A stretch of 60,608 nucleotides of DNA, the filler included, from Sluysia triapertura (Eukaryota), in the NCBI GenBank assembly GCA_046118255.1. It is 5 parts of 5 records of this genome, joined end to end, with 100 filler letters (N's around TTAATTAATTAA, not from the genome) between each part and the next. Parts side by side here need not be neighbours in the genome. Positions count along the whole stretch, not along the records: positions 1 to 14,721 come from JBJNIA010250643.1; 4 more parts are not named here. One strand, given 5' to 3'. This document shows, piece after piece, positions 1-13,364 of this stretch. The translations under genes and the position numbers were made by a program. Below the pieces are notes generated by a model. That model was not told the DNA's origin. It searched no databases and saw only the letters and a program-made list of their open reading frames with translations. Each line of letters opens with the position of its first letter. The stretch's first letter is position 1.

Positions 1-1211
1 GATTTATGAAACAAAAACGAAATTAAAGAGAATGGAATTTTCTATATTCCTATAATTCGGCAAACAACGAGTACAAATAGTGGTTAATATATTAACCATT
101 CGTACGATAAAGGTTAATGTTTAACTGTGCATCAATGTTTGTTTGTATGACTGTAAAGATAATAAAGAAATTAATATTTGTAAAAAATAATAAAATATTA
201 TTTGTTAATTATCAAATGAAATTCTATTTTCATTGTGAATTAACATAAAAATTTTATCGGTTTATGTTATCGGAATTTAATTGTTAGTTAAATATATCAA
301 AAAAGTTACAACCAATTGGAAATTTAATCATTTAACAATTTCAACTATTTTCAAATCTTCCTCTAATCAATTTACAATTTCATGATAATGTTGAACATGA
401 GTTTTTATACTAAGTTGCGTTTCACATACGTGAAACTTAACATTTATTTAATATCTCCTTTATTTACAGATTGTATTACCACAATCTTAAAATCTCTTTC
501 AAAATACATTATATTTCTAATATTAGAGTATTTCCATCTAATATTTCAATTATTATATCAAATTCTCTGTATTTAATAATTTGCATTTACCTTTTAAACT
601 CAGTTTTAAGTTAATAAATATTTGTGAGTTATATTTTCTCATTTAGTAAAAAATTGTGAGTGGTAGTAAAGCTATAGCTAGAATAATTGATTACATTATC
701 AATAATTGTAGGTTAAAGGCAAGAAAACAACTATGCCCTCTTGGAGTATGTCGTAGATTGTAATCGGAGCCATAAGAGTAGAATTATTTTTGCTTAGATA
801 GGAAAAGAAATAAAAAGAAACATTTATTTCATTCTTATTTTATTATTACAGATGAAAATGGGTCGTTTTTATAATTGAATTATTATAAATATATTAATAG
901 TTTGAATAAAAATCAAACATCTTGTGTAAATGACTGAGGAGATAATAGAAAAATATTTGCTTTTAGAACAGAAAACAGAATTTATTCTTTTTGTTTGTAT
1001 AATCTTATCTATTGTTACATTGTCGTTTAATATCTACGATAAATTTTATTCACTAAATGCAAATACAATCTTTGATATAATTATGAATTATTTAACCATA
1101 AATGAAAGACACCACACATTTAAGAAGACAGTTTTGTATTTACGTACTACATATCAAATATACCTTGATTAATTTCAAACATCGATTATGAAAGACATTT
1201 TATTTATAATA

Positions 1212-1469
1212 TTAATTTCGAGAAATTTTTCGTTTTCCTATATTTTCTCTTCTGAGCAAATTCAATTCTTTTTGTATTTCATTAATGTAATCGGGTGCAT
1301 CGTCCGCCGGTGTCGTTTCTAATACAGGCAAAACAGTTCTATCGGAATCTGGCCTCTTTAAATTGGCAATTGGCCAATAACCTAATTCAATTCGTTCTTT
1401 TTTATCATCTATCAGATCAGCTTGCAAATCGATAATAGGTGTTGATGCATCTGAAACTTTGGATTCTGG
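1212..1469 (-). CDS. Terminal coding exon of an unidentified host gene (PESKVSDASTPIIDLQADLIDDKKERIELGYWPIANLKRPD...KISRN*)
   Basis: Acceptor tatag|CCA at 1470/1469. Open frame to TAA at 1212-1214. Phase 0, which matches the donor at 8137. GC content is raised relative to the flanks. Confidence 0.65.
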   Translation of the reverse strand, partial: PESKVSDASTPIIDLQADLIDDKKERIELGYWPIANLKRPDSDRTVLPVLETTPADDAPDYINEIQKELNLLRRENIGKRKISRN

Positions 1470-1645
1470 CTATAATTATTATAATTTTATTAAAGTTATT
1501 TATTTTAGGTATTGTATTTAGTTATCCAAATTATTAAATTAGCGTTAGAATCACTAAAAGTCGGCATATTTTATCCTGATGTTAACTCTGGCTAATTAGG
1601 ATTAAAATAATTCAGACATTTACTTTAATTTTACATCATTTATAC

Positions 1646-3200
1646 CAGTGGTCTTTACACTTTTTGTGCTGCAACCAACTTTTCCAGTCCAATTTTTTTC
1701 GCGATCCCTGAGGACTGAAATAAGAATATTAGAGTAAATTTTTGTAATAAAAAAATTTTTAACACCAAACAATTAAAATATATTTAGTAAGAACATCCAA
1801 TCTTGGTTCTACTTCGGTCTCAGTATTAATTCCACATCTTTAAAATTCGATCGATATTTTGTCTTAATATAAGTCAGTGTCGAAAATGATTTTTCACGCA
1901 AATAAGTAAAGGCAAAAGGAAGAATAGAAAGTGTAACAGTGGATAGTCTGTTTTTACACTATCCCAAAAGGAGCTTAAGTTTTTTCTGAAAAATTTACTT
2001 TCAAGTTCAAATCACTGAAAAATTCTGAAAACTCTTCTTGAGCTTTGAGTGAGAGATGATTCACTTTTTCTATTCCAATATCAAATAGTTTATAAACCGA
2101 CAAGAATTGGTTAGCATCTAATTCTGGCATAAGATACTTTTGAAAAGGCCTGTCAAGTGGTCGATTACCAGTGGCTTCATTACATAAAAATCTACCTAAT
2201 TTTCTTGGATGAAATCTTCCATACATGTAAACACTTCATATGAGGAAATCTCAAATTTTTCTATCCATATACTTATTTCTTTCACGAATGCTTCAACTTT
2301 TGAAATCCATTTGAAAATATTCGAGATTTCTCCTTGTAAAGACCAATTTAAATCATTCAATTTTTCAAAAATAACAAAGAATCCACCAATTCCGAATTAC
2401 TTTCGAACAGAAATTGCATTACCTCATTCTTTAATAAAATCAGTCTTTTTAAAGTTTTGCCTCTTGATAACCATTTTACTTCCGCATGGAGTAAAAGAGA
2501 TCTAAACTCTGAATCCATTTCTTTATATAAGTTGGCAAAAAGACGGATATTAAGGACACTACCTTTAATAAAAGTTATAATTTTCGTGGAATTTTGCAAA
2601 ACTTCACATAATTCCGAAGAAATATTTTGCCGCCAATGCTGCAGTGTGGCAAAGTAATATGTCTAACGTGAAAGCCAACATTTTTTCCTATCATTTTCAC
2701 TGCTCCGTCAGCACAAACCCCAACGCAATCTTCCCACTTTAACCCAACTTCTTCGGGAAATTAATTCACTTTAAGAAAAATTGTTTCACTTGTTGTGAAG
2801 CCCTCTAATCATTATTAAAGCAGTATCTGACTTATTCTAATAAATGCGCTTTACCTGAAAAATCAGTAAGTTCGAATCGCCTATTTTGAACTACCTTTTA
2901 TTCTAAAAAATTTAACTTTTCAAATTGATCTTTGCTAATATCTCCAAGTCATCTACTAAATGCTGAATCCGAAAAAGGAATTTTTTCAATTCATCTGAAA
3001 ATTTGTGGCCATGAATAATTTCGGTCATTTTAACCGCTAATTGTAAATGGCATTTTTCTCTTTGCAATTAAGTAGGACACCTCACCAGTGCTTGTACATG
3101 TTTAGGGTTTTTCTGTAACTGTTTTTCCATTAATCACTGTTGATATCGCAAAAGACGATGTATTCTAAATTGATAAGCTTGTAATAAGTGATAATTTTGA
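1646..3200 (-). mobile_element. Decayed hAT DNA transposon, Buster/ZBED8/SCAND3-like transposase pseudogene, one terminus visible
   Basis: Minus-strand fragments RLFANLYKEMDSEFRSLLLHAEVKWLSRGKTLKRL and LPFAFTYLREKSFSTLTYIKTKYRS are typical Buster-family motifs. Terminus CAGTGGTC at 1646 is preceded by ATTTATAC, fitting the nnnTAnnn Buster target consensus. Many frameshifts; right boundary approximate. Confidence 0.85.
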
Positions 3201-4640
3201 TAGCGAAGTTATTAATTTTACATTTTGTTTTAACGTTGTTACATCTATATACTTATTACTTATTTTATTGATTTTATCTTTTTACTATTTAATATCTTTC
3301 AGTAGGTCGTTAAGTTTATAAGCATTGCTGCTAGTTTTCATTTGTGTCTGACTAACATGGCATATTATTAATATGTTTCATTAAATTTAATTTTATTTTC
3401 CCTTGTTCAAAATTTCTGAATAATCAACATAAAAATGTTGAAATTCATCATTGTTTTTTTATTTTCAAAAATGTTAAATTTTTTAAAAAATTATAATCTT
3501 TAAACGCCTCTAAGAGCATACATATTACTATTTATAAAAATTTAAAATAACAAATGTTGGGAAAACTGATGTTAAACATTATTTCAAACAGTGATTGTTT
3601 TATTATGATATTGATTTATTTTTAACAATAATTTTATTATCAACAATTATTATAAACAATTTTAAATATTATTTTTATTATATAAATTAAAAGACATTAT
3701 AAATTGAAATAAATTTTAAAAAAGTTCTGTTAAATATTTGTTTAAGTATTAATTTAATTTGTGTCACTTATCCAATATGGCAAACCAAAAAAAGATATAA
3801 ATATAGTAAAAATCGAACTAACACGCAAGAGCGACGATAATAAAAATATCGTTACTGCAAAGAAACAACGATATTTTACAGAAAACTGGATAATTCGTCA
3901 ACACAAAACATCGAGAGTTTCCATACAGAAGTAATATTTTTTCAAATAAGTTTTATATATTAAACTCTAATTTTACAAAAAATTGAGTAATTAAAATCAC
4001 TACTAAAATCATTTTATTTTAATCCTAGACCGTAAACGGCTAGGTCAAAATCTTTCTAAAATTAAGCCCTAAGCTTAAGTTGATAAAATAACTATACATA
4101 TTATGGTCATTTGATTGTTTTGTAACATTATAATTTGTATATAATAAAATATTGCATATTTGGCCAGACCGTAAAAAGGCTGGTTCAACGCGTAATTTAT
4201 TACACATTTTTGTCACACCGTAATAAGGCTGACTTAATCTATATAGTTATAACTCATATAAACTTAATATATTTAGTAAAGATCCTTTGTGAACGACGTG
4301 ATTGAAGTGATTGTTTTGCTAGTAAGACAGTAATATCTTTGCACAAATAAATAGATTTTTAAAAATCATTATCGAAATCAGAAAATTAAAACTTCATCTA
4401 TGCTTCTGTTACGTTGTCATCACAACCCTACAAAATAATTTTAAGATGTCATAATGACACCTTAAAGTTATTTAAAACTATTTAAAATTATCAAAAAATT
4501 AATTAAAATCATAAAAAATGTTTCAAAACCATATATTAATCTTTAAAATTACTTAAAAAACAATTATTTTCCAAAAAGAAATTATTTTTCCAAAAAAGAT
4601 AAAATTTCTAAAAAAGAAAATTAGCTTCTAAAAATAGAAT

Positions 4641-4665
4641 AGAAGCTTCTATAATGTTCTAGAAC
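4641..4665. promoter_or_regulatory. Heat-shock-element-like array inside an LTR/leader-like region
   Basis: aGAAg-cTTCt-aTAAt-gTTCt-aGAAc gives 4 of 5 alternating nGAAn pentamers. YY1-like motifs CGTCATTTTG (~4696) and CGCCATTTTG (~4734) lie nearby. Function untested. Confidence 0.35.
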
Positions 4666-5244
4666 ATCCCATCGATTTTCAATACAATGAAAATCGTCAT
4701 TTTGAAGTTTATAGTTAGAAGTCATTTTATCGTCGCCATTTTGGAAATTACAAATTTGTCAATCTCAGGTATGATTCAAGATAATTGCGAATTTTAGTAA
4801 TTTTCACGATTTCTAGATGTTCTTCGATCAATTTTTGGTAAATTATATATTTTTAAGGGTGATTTTAACTTTTGAAGTTAAAATTCAGTAAAATTCATAT
4901 CAATTTATAAAGTTTTTAAGTCCCCGATAAGTTAGGAGTAAAATCTACGTAAACTCTATTAGCACTAGATTAAACGCTCACAGAGCTTTAATATCTAAAT
5001 TAATTATTTATATATTTGAAATCTATTGTCTTAACAGATTTGAATTTTGTATTTTTACGTTGTTTAATTATTTAATATTATTGAGTGATTATGAGACCCT
5101 CTACCATTAATTTGTTAATTGGAGACGTTACTTTTTAGGTGATCTTTTAACTTATTAGTTACAGAAGCGCCAATGATAAGACGTTTACTGAACCAGATCC
5201 TGCTCAAAAATATTTTGTTGTAGTGTTAGAAAAATCACAGCACT

Positions 5245-7000
5245 TCTATTGATAAACTACACTTTGACTATTATCCAGAAAGTACCTTTTGTCACCGCTA
5301 CTTGAGGGTGCATTGTTGTGTAATGATTGCAAATATTTAATAGTTTTGGAGCGAATGATCATTTGATCTGCGGAATATGTAACATTTTTCATATTATTAT
5401 TTATATTCTTGGTCGCCTATTTTGGCGATTTTCAGAGTGACTCCTTCAGCCTTATTGTGCTCATTAATAATTGATTAAGGAATTGAATTGGGCCTCAAAA
5501 ATATCCGTTCAGTGTATTCTATATTATCTTAACTTCAACCTGTTATATCTTAAAATTTTTTTACTCAAATTGAATGTTTTATGTGAAGATTTGATGTTCA
5601 ATAATTCATCTTTTGTAATTTCATTTAATAAAGTAATTAATTTATTTACATTATGAATCCATTCGAAACCATTACTCGGTAATGATTATGATGAAGCCTG
5701 AACATATAAATTATTGATATCTATATACAATAAACTAGTATTAATATCGGCTTTCGCATAATGTCATTTGACCTCTTAAATCATTTTTGAAAAACTAAGC
5801 ACATTAAAATCAGTTAAAACAATTAATTCAACTTGTTAAAATGTCTGTGTCCAAAGTAAACCAGATAGTGATAAAAATCAAATCATATAATGTCTTCAAT
5901 TTAGCAATAACATTAATAATAATTTGTAGTACACAGAGAAAGGTAACCTTATGATATGGAATGATAGCTTTGAAAAGTATGTGAAAATGCTTTACTAGTT
6001 AGTGATAATATAGACATCGTTCTAGTTAAATTTGCTAAACCACTTGCTAAAAATAGTAAAGCTTTAAAATTAATTGAAATAATTTAGTAAACATCAATAA
6101 GGTCTATAATTTTCTGAATCTTGTGGAATAAATTTTACTAAATCACTAGATCAATATTTTAATACATGAAGAATGCCACGTCCACGTAAATTAGGAACTG
6201 CTGCAGGTAAAGTCAGACTTATTTATCTACATGATTAGTTAATGGTTTTCTTTACACAAATAGCATGATCCGGCATTATTAAACTGAACCAGTTAAATTC
6301 ATGTATCGTCATTTTCTGGAATACTAATTATAAATGTGCAACTAACGATTCAAATTTGTTATGTTAATAATGCAAATTCTAAGACGGTTTAAATAACAAT
6401 GACAGTGATATCGATTTACTGTGACCATTAAATTCAATTGGCATGGCACACAAAGATTGTTACTACGCAACTTCATATAATTATTAAATTAGATATCTGT
6501 CATAAATCCTTCTAAACATTTTTTACAAACGTTACACCACATTCTCAAAGGATTCTTCATGTCTATATTAAGAAATTTATTTAAATCATTAATTATTACA
6601 TTTTGATCAATGACAGCAATATTACAACACAAATAGTATTTATAGAGATGGAATGTTGAAACATATTTAAATAAATTTGAATTAAATCTAAGGTTTTGAA
6701 TTTTCCTTTCGTACGATTACAAATTTGGAGCGGATGTGCGTCGAATTCTATTACGAATGACATAAGTGCATCATTATTATTCGAGAAGAAATGTACTGCA
6801 TTTTGAATACCAACCAACATATAAAACACTGAAGTTTAGCTGAAGATTATGAATTTGATATATAAGGTTCTATTCGTGCCGATTTACATGGGCTCTGAAC
6901 CGATTATAATAAAACTTTACCGATAAAACTTTTGAGATATGTTAAAGTGCATTCCTCCTACATTAGAAAGTCATTGTGATTTATAGGGGGATAAAAGATT
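5245..7000 (-). pseudogene. Polinton/Maverick protein-primed DNA polymerase B pseudogene, copy 1 (internally deleted)
   Basis: Minus-strand fragments: LCVPCQ...NRYHCH (CxxC...RDHCH-like), VPNLRGRGILH (HNLxGYD-like), SLLYIDINNLYVQASS*SLPSNGFEWI (PolB motif A region), and a C-terminal DKRYFLDNSQSVVY. Nucleotide similarity to 56170-57330. Upstream boundary approximate. Confidence 0.8.
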
Positions 7001-7552
7001 AATTTATGAGAACCACATTTATGTAAAATTGAGAGAGTATAGATCTGACGTAATAGAATCACTGAAACCAGTTGAAAAGTTTAACCGTATATGTGGTACA
7101 TTTGGGCGGCAGCACGGGTCATTCAATCCTGAAGTACTCATTAAGGTTTCAAATTTATTTTAGACAGTATGAATTATAAACATGTTGAATTTCTTGTCTT
7201 TTTATTCTCGAAGTCAATAGAAATATGAGAAGTAAATTTAAATTCGGTTTTGTTAAATATTTACATGAATATATTAAATTTTCTCGTGATAAAAATTTTC
7301 ATACAAATTAAAGCGCCTTAGGCACCATAGTGAATTATTTGGTCTTTCTAATAACAATAAGTTCCATTCTAATAATAATCTCTTTACGTTACCTCTAATA
7401 AGCCATCAAACCAAGACAGTATTATTAAACCTAAGAAGTGAACTACCAAAGATATTGACGATTTTAGATTTCGAAAATAATTTGTCATTAATGGTGATGC
7501 AATATTTGAATCTAATGAACCGAAATTTGGTAGAAAAGTTCAAAACATTCAC

Positions 7553-7829
7553 CAGTGTCGGACTAAGGCTAAAGCGGACCCTAGGCAACATTCTAATCCT
7601 GGGCCTATTTTTCAGTCATAGTATAGGCTCGACACTCGCGGGCGTGGATGCATAAACACTGGAACACTTGTCCATTCATCAATCAACGATTCGGCATAAT
7701 TTGGATACGTTACAGTAAAATTATGAATATCACATTTTTCTGTTAAATAAAAATAAATTATAAAAATTAAAACCTAATTTTCGGGCACTAGGCACGTGCC
7801 TAGGTTGCCTGGGCCTTAGTCCGCCCCTG
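7553..7829. mobile_element. Non-autonomous hAT element (MITE), 277 bp
   Basis: TIRs CAGTGTCGGACTAAGGC (7553) and GCCTTAGTCCGCCCCTG (ends 7829). 8-bp TSD ACATTCAC (7545-7552) / ACATTCAT (7830-7837), 7 of 8 identical. Confidence 0.85.
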
Positions 7830-8137
7830 ACATTCATCAATCACCAGAATTTGTTAATTTTGCCTTAACGTCGGCATTAATAAGCTAATACTACTTCAAT
7901 CGAAGGTGTCAAAAGAATTCTTGAAAATTTTCAAAACTTTAAAAATATAAATTATTATGGAGTCCAACCCCAATGGTGAAATTGAAATGGTTATTTCAAT
8001 TTTTGAAGTCATATGTATGCACTCACAAAATATGCAGTGATTTACTAAAATAAATTCAACGATCAGTATTTTGTGATTACAGGTTGTTTCATCTCAAGAA
8101 TATTAAAATACAAAGATAAAAATGTAAGACATATTAC

Positions 8138-8380
8138 TTTTCTATTATGAAAGGGTTGTGGTTCTGTATTTCCATTGTCATCGTGTACCGAAACTGCTGG
8201 CGAATTTGGAGCTGAATAAGGCCGATCAATGTGCCAACTTCTTTCTGAAAATATGTCTTCGGCACTCAATGCTGCTTGTAAGCTTATATCGGTGGTTGAA
8301 TCTTCTGTTTTCTTTCTGTCAAGAATAAATAAATGAGGAAGATGTCGAGCCATTGCCAACAAACGTGCCTTTTTGTAATA
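8138..8380 (-). CDS. Internal coding exon of an unidentified host gene (YYKKARLLAMARHLPHLFILDRKK...RPYSAPNSPAVSVHDD...HNRK)
   Basis: Acceptor ttcag|TAT at 8381/8380 and donor AAA|gtaat at 8138/8137. Open and phase 0-0; splices in frame to the 1469 exon across a ~6.7-kb TE-filled intron. Confidence 0.65.
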
Positions 8381-9262
8381 CTGAATTAAAGATTACTTAC
8401 TAATCATTTAAGGTTATAAAAAACAGACTCTTATTTTGGAACTTACTTAGCTGTCAACTGATGACTACCAGCACATATTATTATTATAATTAGAGTTATA
8501 AAATTGATTACAGCATCTCTCAAAACTTACGACAAATTAAATGACATAATAAAATCATAGAATATGTATAGTTTATATTTTCAAGTGGAACGTAAAATCA
8601 ACCTAAAATTTTTTTTAAAAGTTATGCTACAACTAATGATAATAAAATGTAACAAATCAATAATAATTTTATTTCTGTAATTTATGATTTATTTATGTTT
8701 AATATCTAATGATTTTTATCTATTCGAAAAGGCTATATAAATAACTAAATTCAAAAAAAAAATAAAAGGAATAAAAAATTTGAAGATTATTCAAATTATT
8801 ACTTTTCAGATTGTACCGAAGAACTTTATGGATTACTTGAGCTATTTGTTTTTAAGTAGTAAATTTCAATTACATAGGTTTTGTTTCTCTTCTTTAAAGG
8901 AAGAGTTAAAATATTACCTTGTTTAAAATCTTGATAAAATTAAATGTGTTAGGAAAAATAACCGAATATATTAATTATTTGATATTTTATTTTGTATTGA
9001 TCATAACCTCTTGTTGAAATTCATAATTGAAATGTTCTTAATAAAATCATTCTGTATTTGACAGCTAAAATACATTTAGCCTTAAAATATGTATTTTTAG
9101 CTGTATAATTACTTATTTGTAATATTTATGTAAAAAGCTGATATAGAAATATTTGAGAATAAACATTAGGTTGTTTTTGTTCAGGAATAAGAGAAATATA
9201 AACCAACGGATAACGTAAGTAGCGAAATGTTGTCTCCTCTTTAGATTTTAAGATAAATAAAT

Positions 9263-9314
9263 CCTGCAAGAATGTCGCAAAAATTTACTTAAACCGCATT
9301 ATGTAGGCGAGCCC
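9263..9314 (+). ncRNA. Dispersed conserved stem-loop motif, copy A (candidate structured RNA/DNA element)
   Basis: CCTGCAAGAATGTCG pairs with CGCATTATGTAGG (one GU pair, small internal loop). Flanked by AAAT and CGAGCCC. Confidence 0.4.
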
Positions 9315-9486
9315 ACTTTGATTATTTATATTTTGTTCATAAGATAATAAAATATATTTTTATTAAATGATCAAAATTATTTTTAATCACAATGTTCAAT
9401 ATGGGCGATGTTATTAAAATAATTTTAATTAGTGAATAATCATTAGCCAATCAGACTTTGCGGTAACTCTTCTAGGAGTATATGTA

Positions 9487-10170
9487 CAGGGTGTCCCAAA
9501 AGTAACCGAACCTCAATTTAAATAAAAATTAGATATCAAAAACGACAAATTTAATAGGTACATTTATTATTTACAAATGTTCAAAATACCTTGAACGACA
9601 TCCTTTGACAACATTGCGACATATTCTCTGGCAAGTTTGGTTCCATTCGTGATGAATACTTAGTTTTAGTTGATTAAATGTCCTAGGCTTTTTAGCATAA
9701 ACGGCGTTCTTTGGAACTCTTCATAGAAAAAATCAGGTGGTGTCAGATCTGGGGATTTGGCAGGTCATTCGATTGGTCCTTGGCGTTCAACTGTTTCATC
9801 AAGCCACTGCCGAGCATTTTTGGTGTAGAACGCAGGTGCTCTATCTTGTTGAAACTGAAGATCACCAAAATGGGAAAACTCATTAACAATAGGAATCACT
9901 TTACTTTTCAGCATATCAAGGTAACTGTTCCTTCAAAGAAGAATGGGCCAACTAGGCCAATGCTGCCGATTCCAGCCCAGACTGTGACTCCAGGAGAATT
10001 GAGTTCCGTTTCAATAATACGATTGGGATTCTAACTGTCCCAATAAACACAATTGTGACTGTTAACATGCCTATTCAGTCCTTAGCTGCATCTTTAAGAA
10101 TGAGGGTCCGAAGCGAACGCTGAACAATAAGCAATGACGTCGGAAAAAAATCAAGTCATTCAAGAAGGAA
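9487..10170 (-). mobile_element. Decayed Tc1/mariner-superfamily transposon (rosa/maT-like)
   Basis: TA followed by TIR CAGGGTGTCCCAAAAGT at 9487. Minus-strand motifs VTVWAGIG..GLVGPFFFEGTV, FQQDRAPAF and E*PAKSPDLTPPDFF (WPPRSPDLTPxDFF consensus). Confidence 0.85.
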
Positions 10171-12470
10171 ACATAAATTATAAGCTTTAGAAATAAATTT
10201 AAAGCAAATTAAGGAATTTTCCAAAATAAATAAATTGTTACATCGTAAAATAGTACGAAATAAAAATATAGCAGTGAATATATATTGAGTTTCAAATGTT
10301 ACAAAAAATAATTCAAAAATACAATCTTTTTCACTTGTTGATCCACGGAGTCGCCACTTTGAAAGTAATTCATTAATTCATGTTTTATATTTTACCGAAT
10401 CATTCAGGACTTTACATTTTATTAATTTAAAACTAAGTTATACCAATTAAAAAGTAACATCCAAAAATTAGTAAACACATTAATATAATAAACAAAAAAC
10501 ACCATATTTAAAGGAAACATTTAAATCAACAAATATGGTTTGTTTTAATTTATATTTAATCTATCACAATCTACAGTTACATTAGAATTAGAATTAAATA
10601 ATGATTCCAAAGCAATTATTTTCAATTAAAACAGTAAACAGAACAATTAATATAAATATTAAACATAATATTATATAATAATTTTTATATTTTAGTAACA
10701 CATAACTTCATCATTTGAATCCACGTGAAATATTTACAATAATATTATTATCAGTGTTAATAATTCAAAAATAAAGATGACCACATCATAAAGCACTAAA
10801 TAAAAACAAAATTGTTTCCACTTCATGATCCTCATCCTTGATAAAAAAGAATCTGATGTTTGATTAACAACGTAACTGTATGACGTATTGAAAATCGTTT
10901 TACTTTAACAGGAAAAAATTATATTAAAGTTAAGTTGACGTCAAATCGAAGAAATATAGTGTTATTTTAAAATGAGAAGTTATTGGTAAAGTTTATAATA
11001 TAAAATTAAGAACCTACGTCAAATCGAGTTGATTATCTGAGTCAAGCTGAGTATGTTTGTGTGGAAAAGCTTGAATTTGACTTGATTTCTGAGTTGTTAA
11101 ATGAATAATTAAAGTTATTATATTATACTTTTATCTTTAATGATGCATAATATAATTTCTGAATTTAATTTGTAAATGCACACTTATAGAAGGTAATTCT
11201 GTTTTAATATTGTGATAGTTGATAATATAAATCATATTTAGATTTTGTGATTAGATTTCACAAGGTATTTAATAGGTGATTAATAGGCAAATAAAAAATA
11301 TGCAACATAATAAAAATAATTATAATATGAGATAAAATTTTACACCATAAAATACACTAGCCCATAAAATAACAAAGTTAATTTACTCATTAAAGAGATT
11401 TGTTTAAAAATACTGTAAATAAGTCAATACTCAATTTAATAATGTAAATAATCAATTTAAAGTGAAGATATTTTTAAAAATGTAAAGATTTAATTTAATA
11501 TTTTTATGATTTAAAATTTCAATTTAGTATTTTTCATGATTTTGATAAACTATAAATAAATTATAAAAATAATCTTTAAAGAAATAATTAATTAATATTA
11601 TATTATAATTAAAAATATTATATCAAAAATACCGAACAATTAGATTATTTACGAAAAAGTATTTATCAATAAACATTTTAATATTTTAGTAAAATATTTT
11701 TATCAAGTAATTTAATAATCTCTACAATTCGGTAAACTTAAAAAAGTAAAAAGCATGTATAAATTAAAAAACGAAGCTAATACTACACACATAAAGAATT
11801 AGAAAAGTGACAATTTTGTTTACGACAAGGAAAAATTTATTTTGTCATTTTGGTGAAATAATCGTTCACTTTGGTGGAAAAATAGCTAAATTTATTTGGT
11901 ACAAATTTGGATTAATTGAACTTGTGGAAAGTCTTTTATCAACTCGTTTTATTTTTGGACCTACATTTAATCGAATCATTCCTTTTAACAGTCAATGAAC
12001 AAGTAAGTTAGTTATTTGTAAGTATTATCTTCAATTAAGATAGCTTCAAAATAAACTTAAAATATTTAAAATTCCATCCAAGCATTCGCCTGGATTAAAA
12101 TCTTCTTTAAAATCATTTCTAAAACACGGAGAAATCCTACTGATATATATTATATATCTTTGTGTAATTATACATATTTCTAGACATTTTTTCTTAATTA
12201 CATTGTAATAAATAGCTTCTTTTTTTAGTGAGTTTTCATTTATTAAAGGAGGTAAAGTGTTATATTAAAGTTGAGTTAACAGAGCAATCACTTTTCAGAG
12301 TAATAAAATTTTGTAAATTAGGTGGAATAATATTAATTTGGTTGATAATTAAAGAACTAAAAATTTGAATTGTAGTTTTGAGAATTTATATGGAAATAAT
12401 ATAATTGAAGAGACTCTCGGATTACGTGCAATAAGGATTAAGGTATCTTTACGAAGATACTTCTTGACAT

Positions 12471-12521
12471 CCTGTGAATACGTCTTCTTTGGGATACAAA
12501 CCGTATATCACAGGCGAACCC
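12471..12521 (+). ncRNA. Dispersed conserved stem-loop motif, copy B
   Basis: CCTGTGAATACG (12471-12482) pairs with CGTATATCACAGG (12502-12514): 12 bp with one bulged A, followed by CGAACCC. Confidence 0.5.
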
Positions 12522-13330
12522 GAAAAATAATATTATAATTGTTGCTACTAATTGATAAAAGTAGAACAATACAAAATATTACTAGAAAACAACTAGTGAA
12601 ATCTACACTCAAGTTCATTGGAGGAAGGTTAAAATAAATCATAGCAGAATAAATCTAAAATATTATAGTAATCTCGTTAACTTCAAACAAACACCTTGAA
12701 AGTTCTAACACAAAGACGCATTTATAAAAGAATTGAATATAATAAACATGAAGTGGAATTGTGCCATGCAGAAAGTTATCGATTAAATGGAATCACATTA
12801 AGAATGAAAATATATTTTATTAAAATAGAAATAAAAAACGAATATTAGCAAACACAATGTATTGAAAACCAGCACATAACCATTAAATTATTTTATTTAT
12901 GACAAAACCAATATTATAGGATAAAATAGGTTACATTATCACAATAAGGTGTATAAATCATTCACATGTTTTTAACCATAGAAAGATATTACTCACACAA
13001 AGTGATAGGTTTTTTAGATTAATAAGTAATACTTATGTCCGAAATTGTTTTTCAAACGAATTCGCGCATAGTGTGCAGTTTCTATTTTTGAAAAAAGATG
13101 TAACTATAGGATTTTGAAAGATTGTATTCTAAATACTTCAAATCGAATTTTCTACTCAAAAGTTCTTTGTCAACGTAGGTACTTTTACAATTCTTACAAT
13201 TAATAAAATTATTTACAAAAATATTCTTTAATTCTGTCGACAAACAATCTATATTAACGTAAATAAATAATAAAATTCAGTAGCTTAATCGCATATTTGA
13301 CCTCCATAAGTTACTTAACTATATTATATT

Positions 13331-13364
13331 AAAATCCCGTAGATTCGGATAACAGGCGAACTCA
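13331..13364 (+). ncRNA. Dispersed conserved stem-loop motif, copy C (shortened)
   Basis: AAAATCCCGTAGATTCGGATAACAGGCGAACTC, with upstream AGTTACTTAAC resembling the AGTTACTTGAC of copy D. Confidence 0.35.

Noticed and set aside
382-1172. Short hydrophobic ORFs (382-576, 930-1172) and similar F/I/L/K/N-rich ORFs throughout
   Set aside because: Composition expected from random AT-rich DNA; no motifs or splice support.
2209-2657. Plus-strand ORFs 2209-2505 and 2457-2657 (likewise 9711-10034, 26599-27254, 28022-28309, 45165-45365)
   Set aside because: Antisense shadows of minus-strand transposon coding sequence.
8381-8400. Apparent 20-nt intron GTAAGT...TTCAG and a chain of micro-exons at 8447-8940
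   Set aside because: No combination gave a stop-free frame into the 8380 exon; transcript data are needed.
9061-9104. Isolated AT-rich hairpin ACAGCTAAAATACAT...ATGTATTTTTAGCTGT
   Set aside because: Single occurrence, AT-rich, with no supporting context.
9200-9240. Hammerhead-like GAAA...GTC segments (also ~49164-49182)
   Set aside because: The CTGANGA core is absent or too degenerate, and the stems cannot be built.
12410-12525. Canonical HDV-like ribozyme at the stem-loop motif
   Set aside because: A P4-like helix and CGAA are present, but there is no GG for P1.1 and no convincing P1/P3/L3. Kept only as a hypothesis in findings.
12590-12800. Gag-like fragment (FKQTP...DAFIKEL) downstream of stem-loop copy B
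   Set aside because: Too short and interrupted to call.
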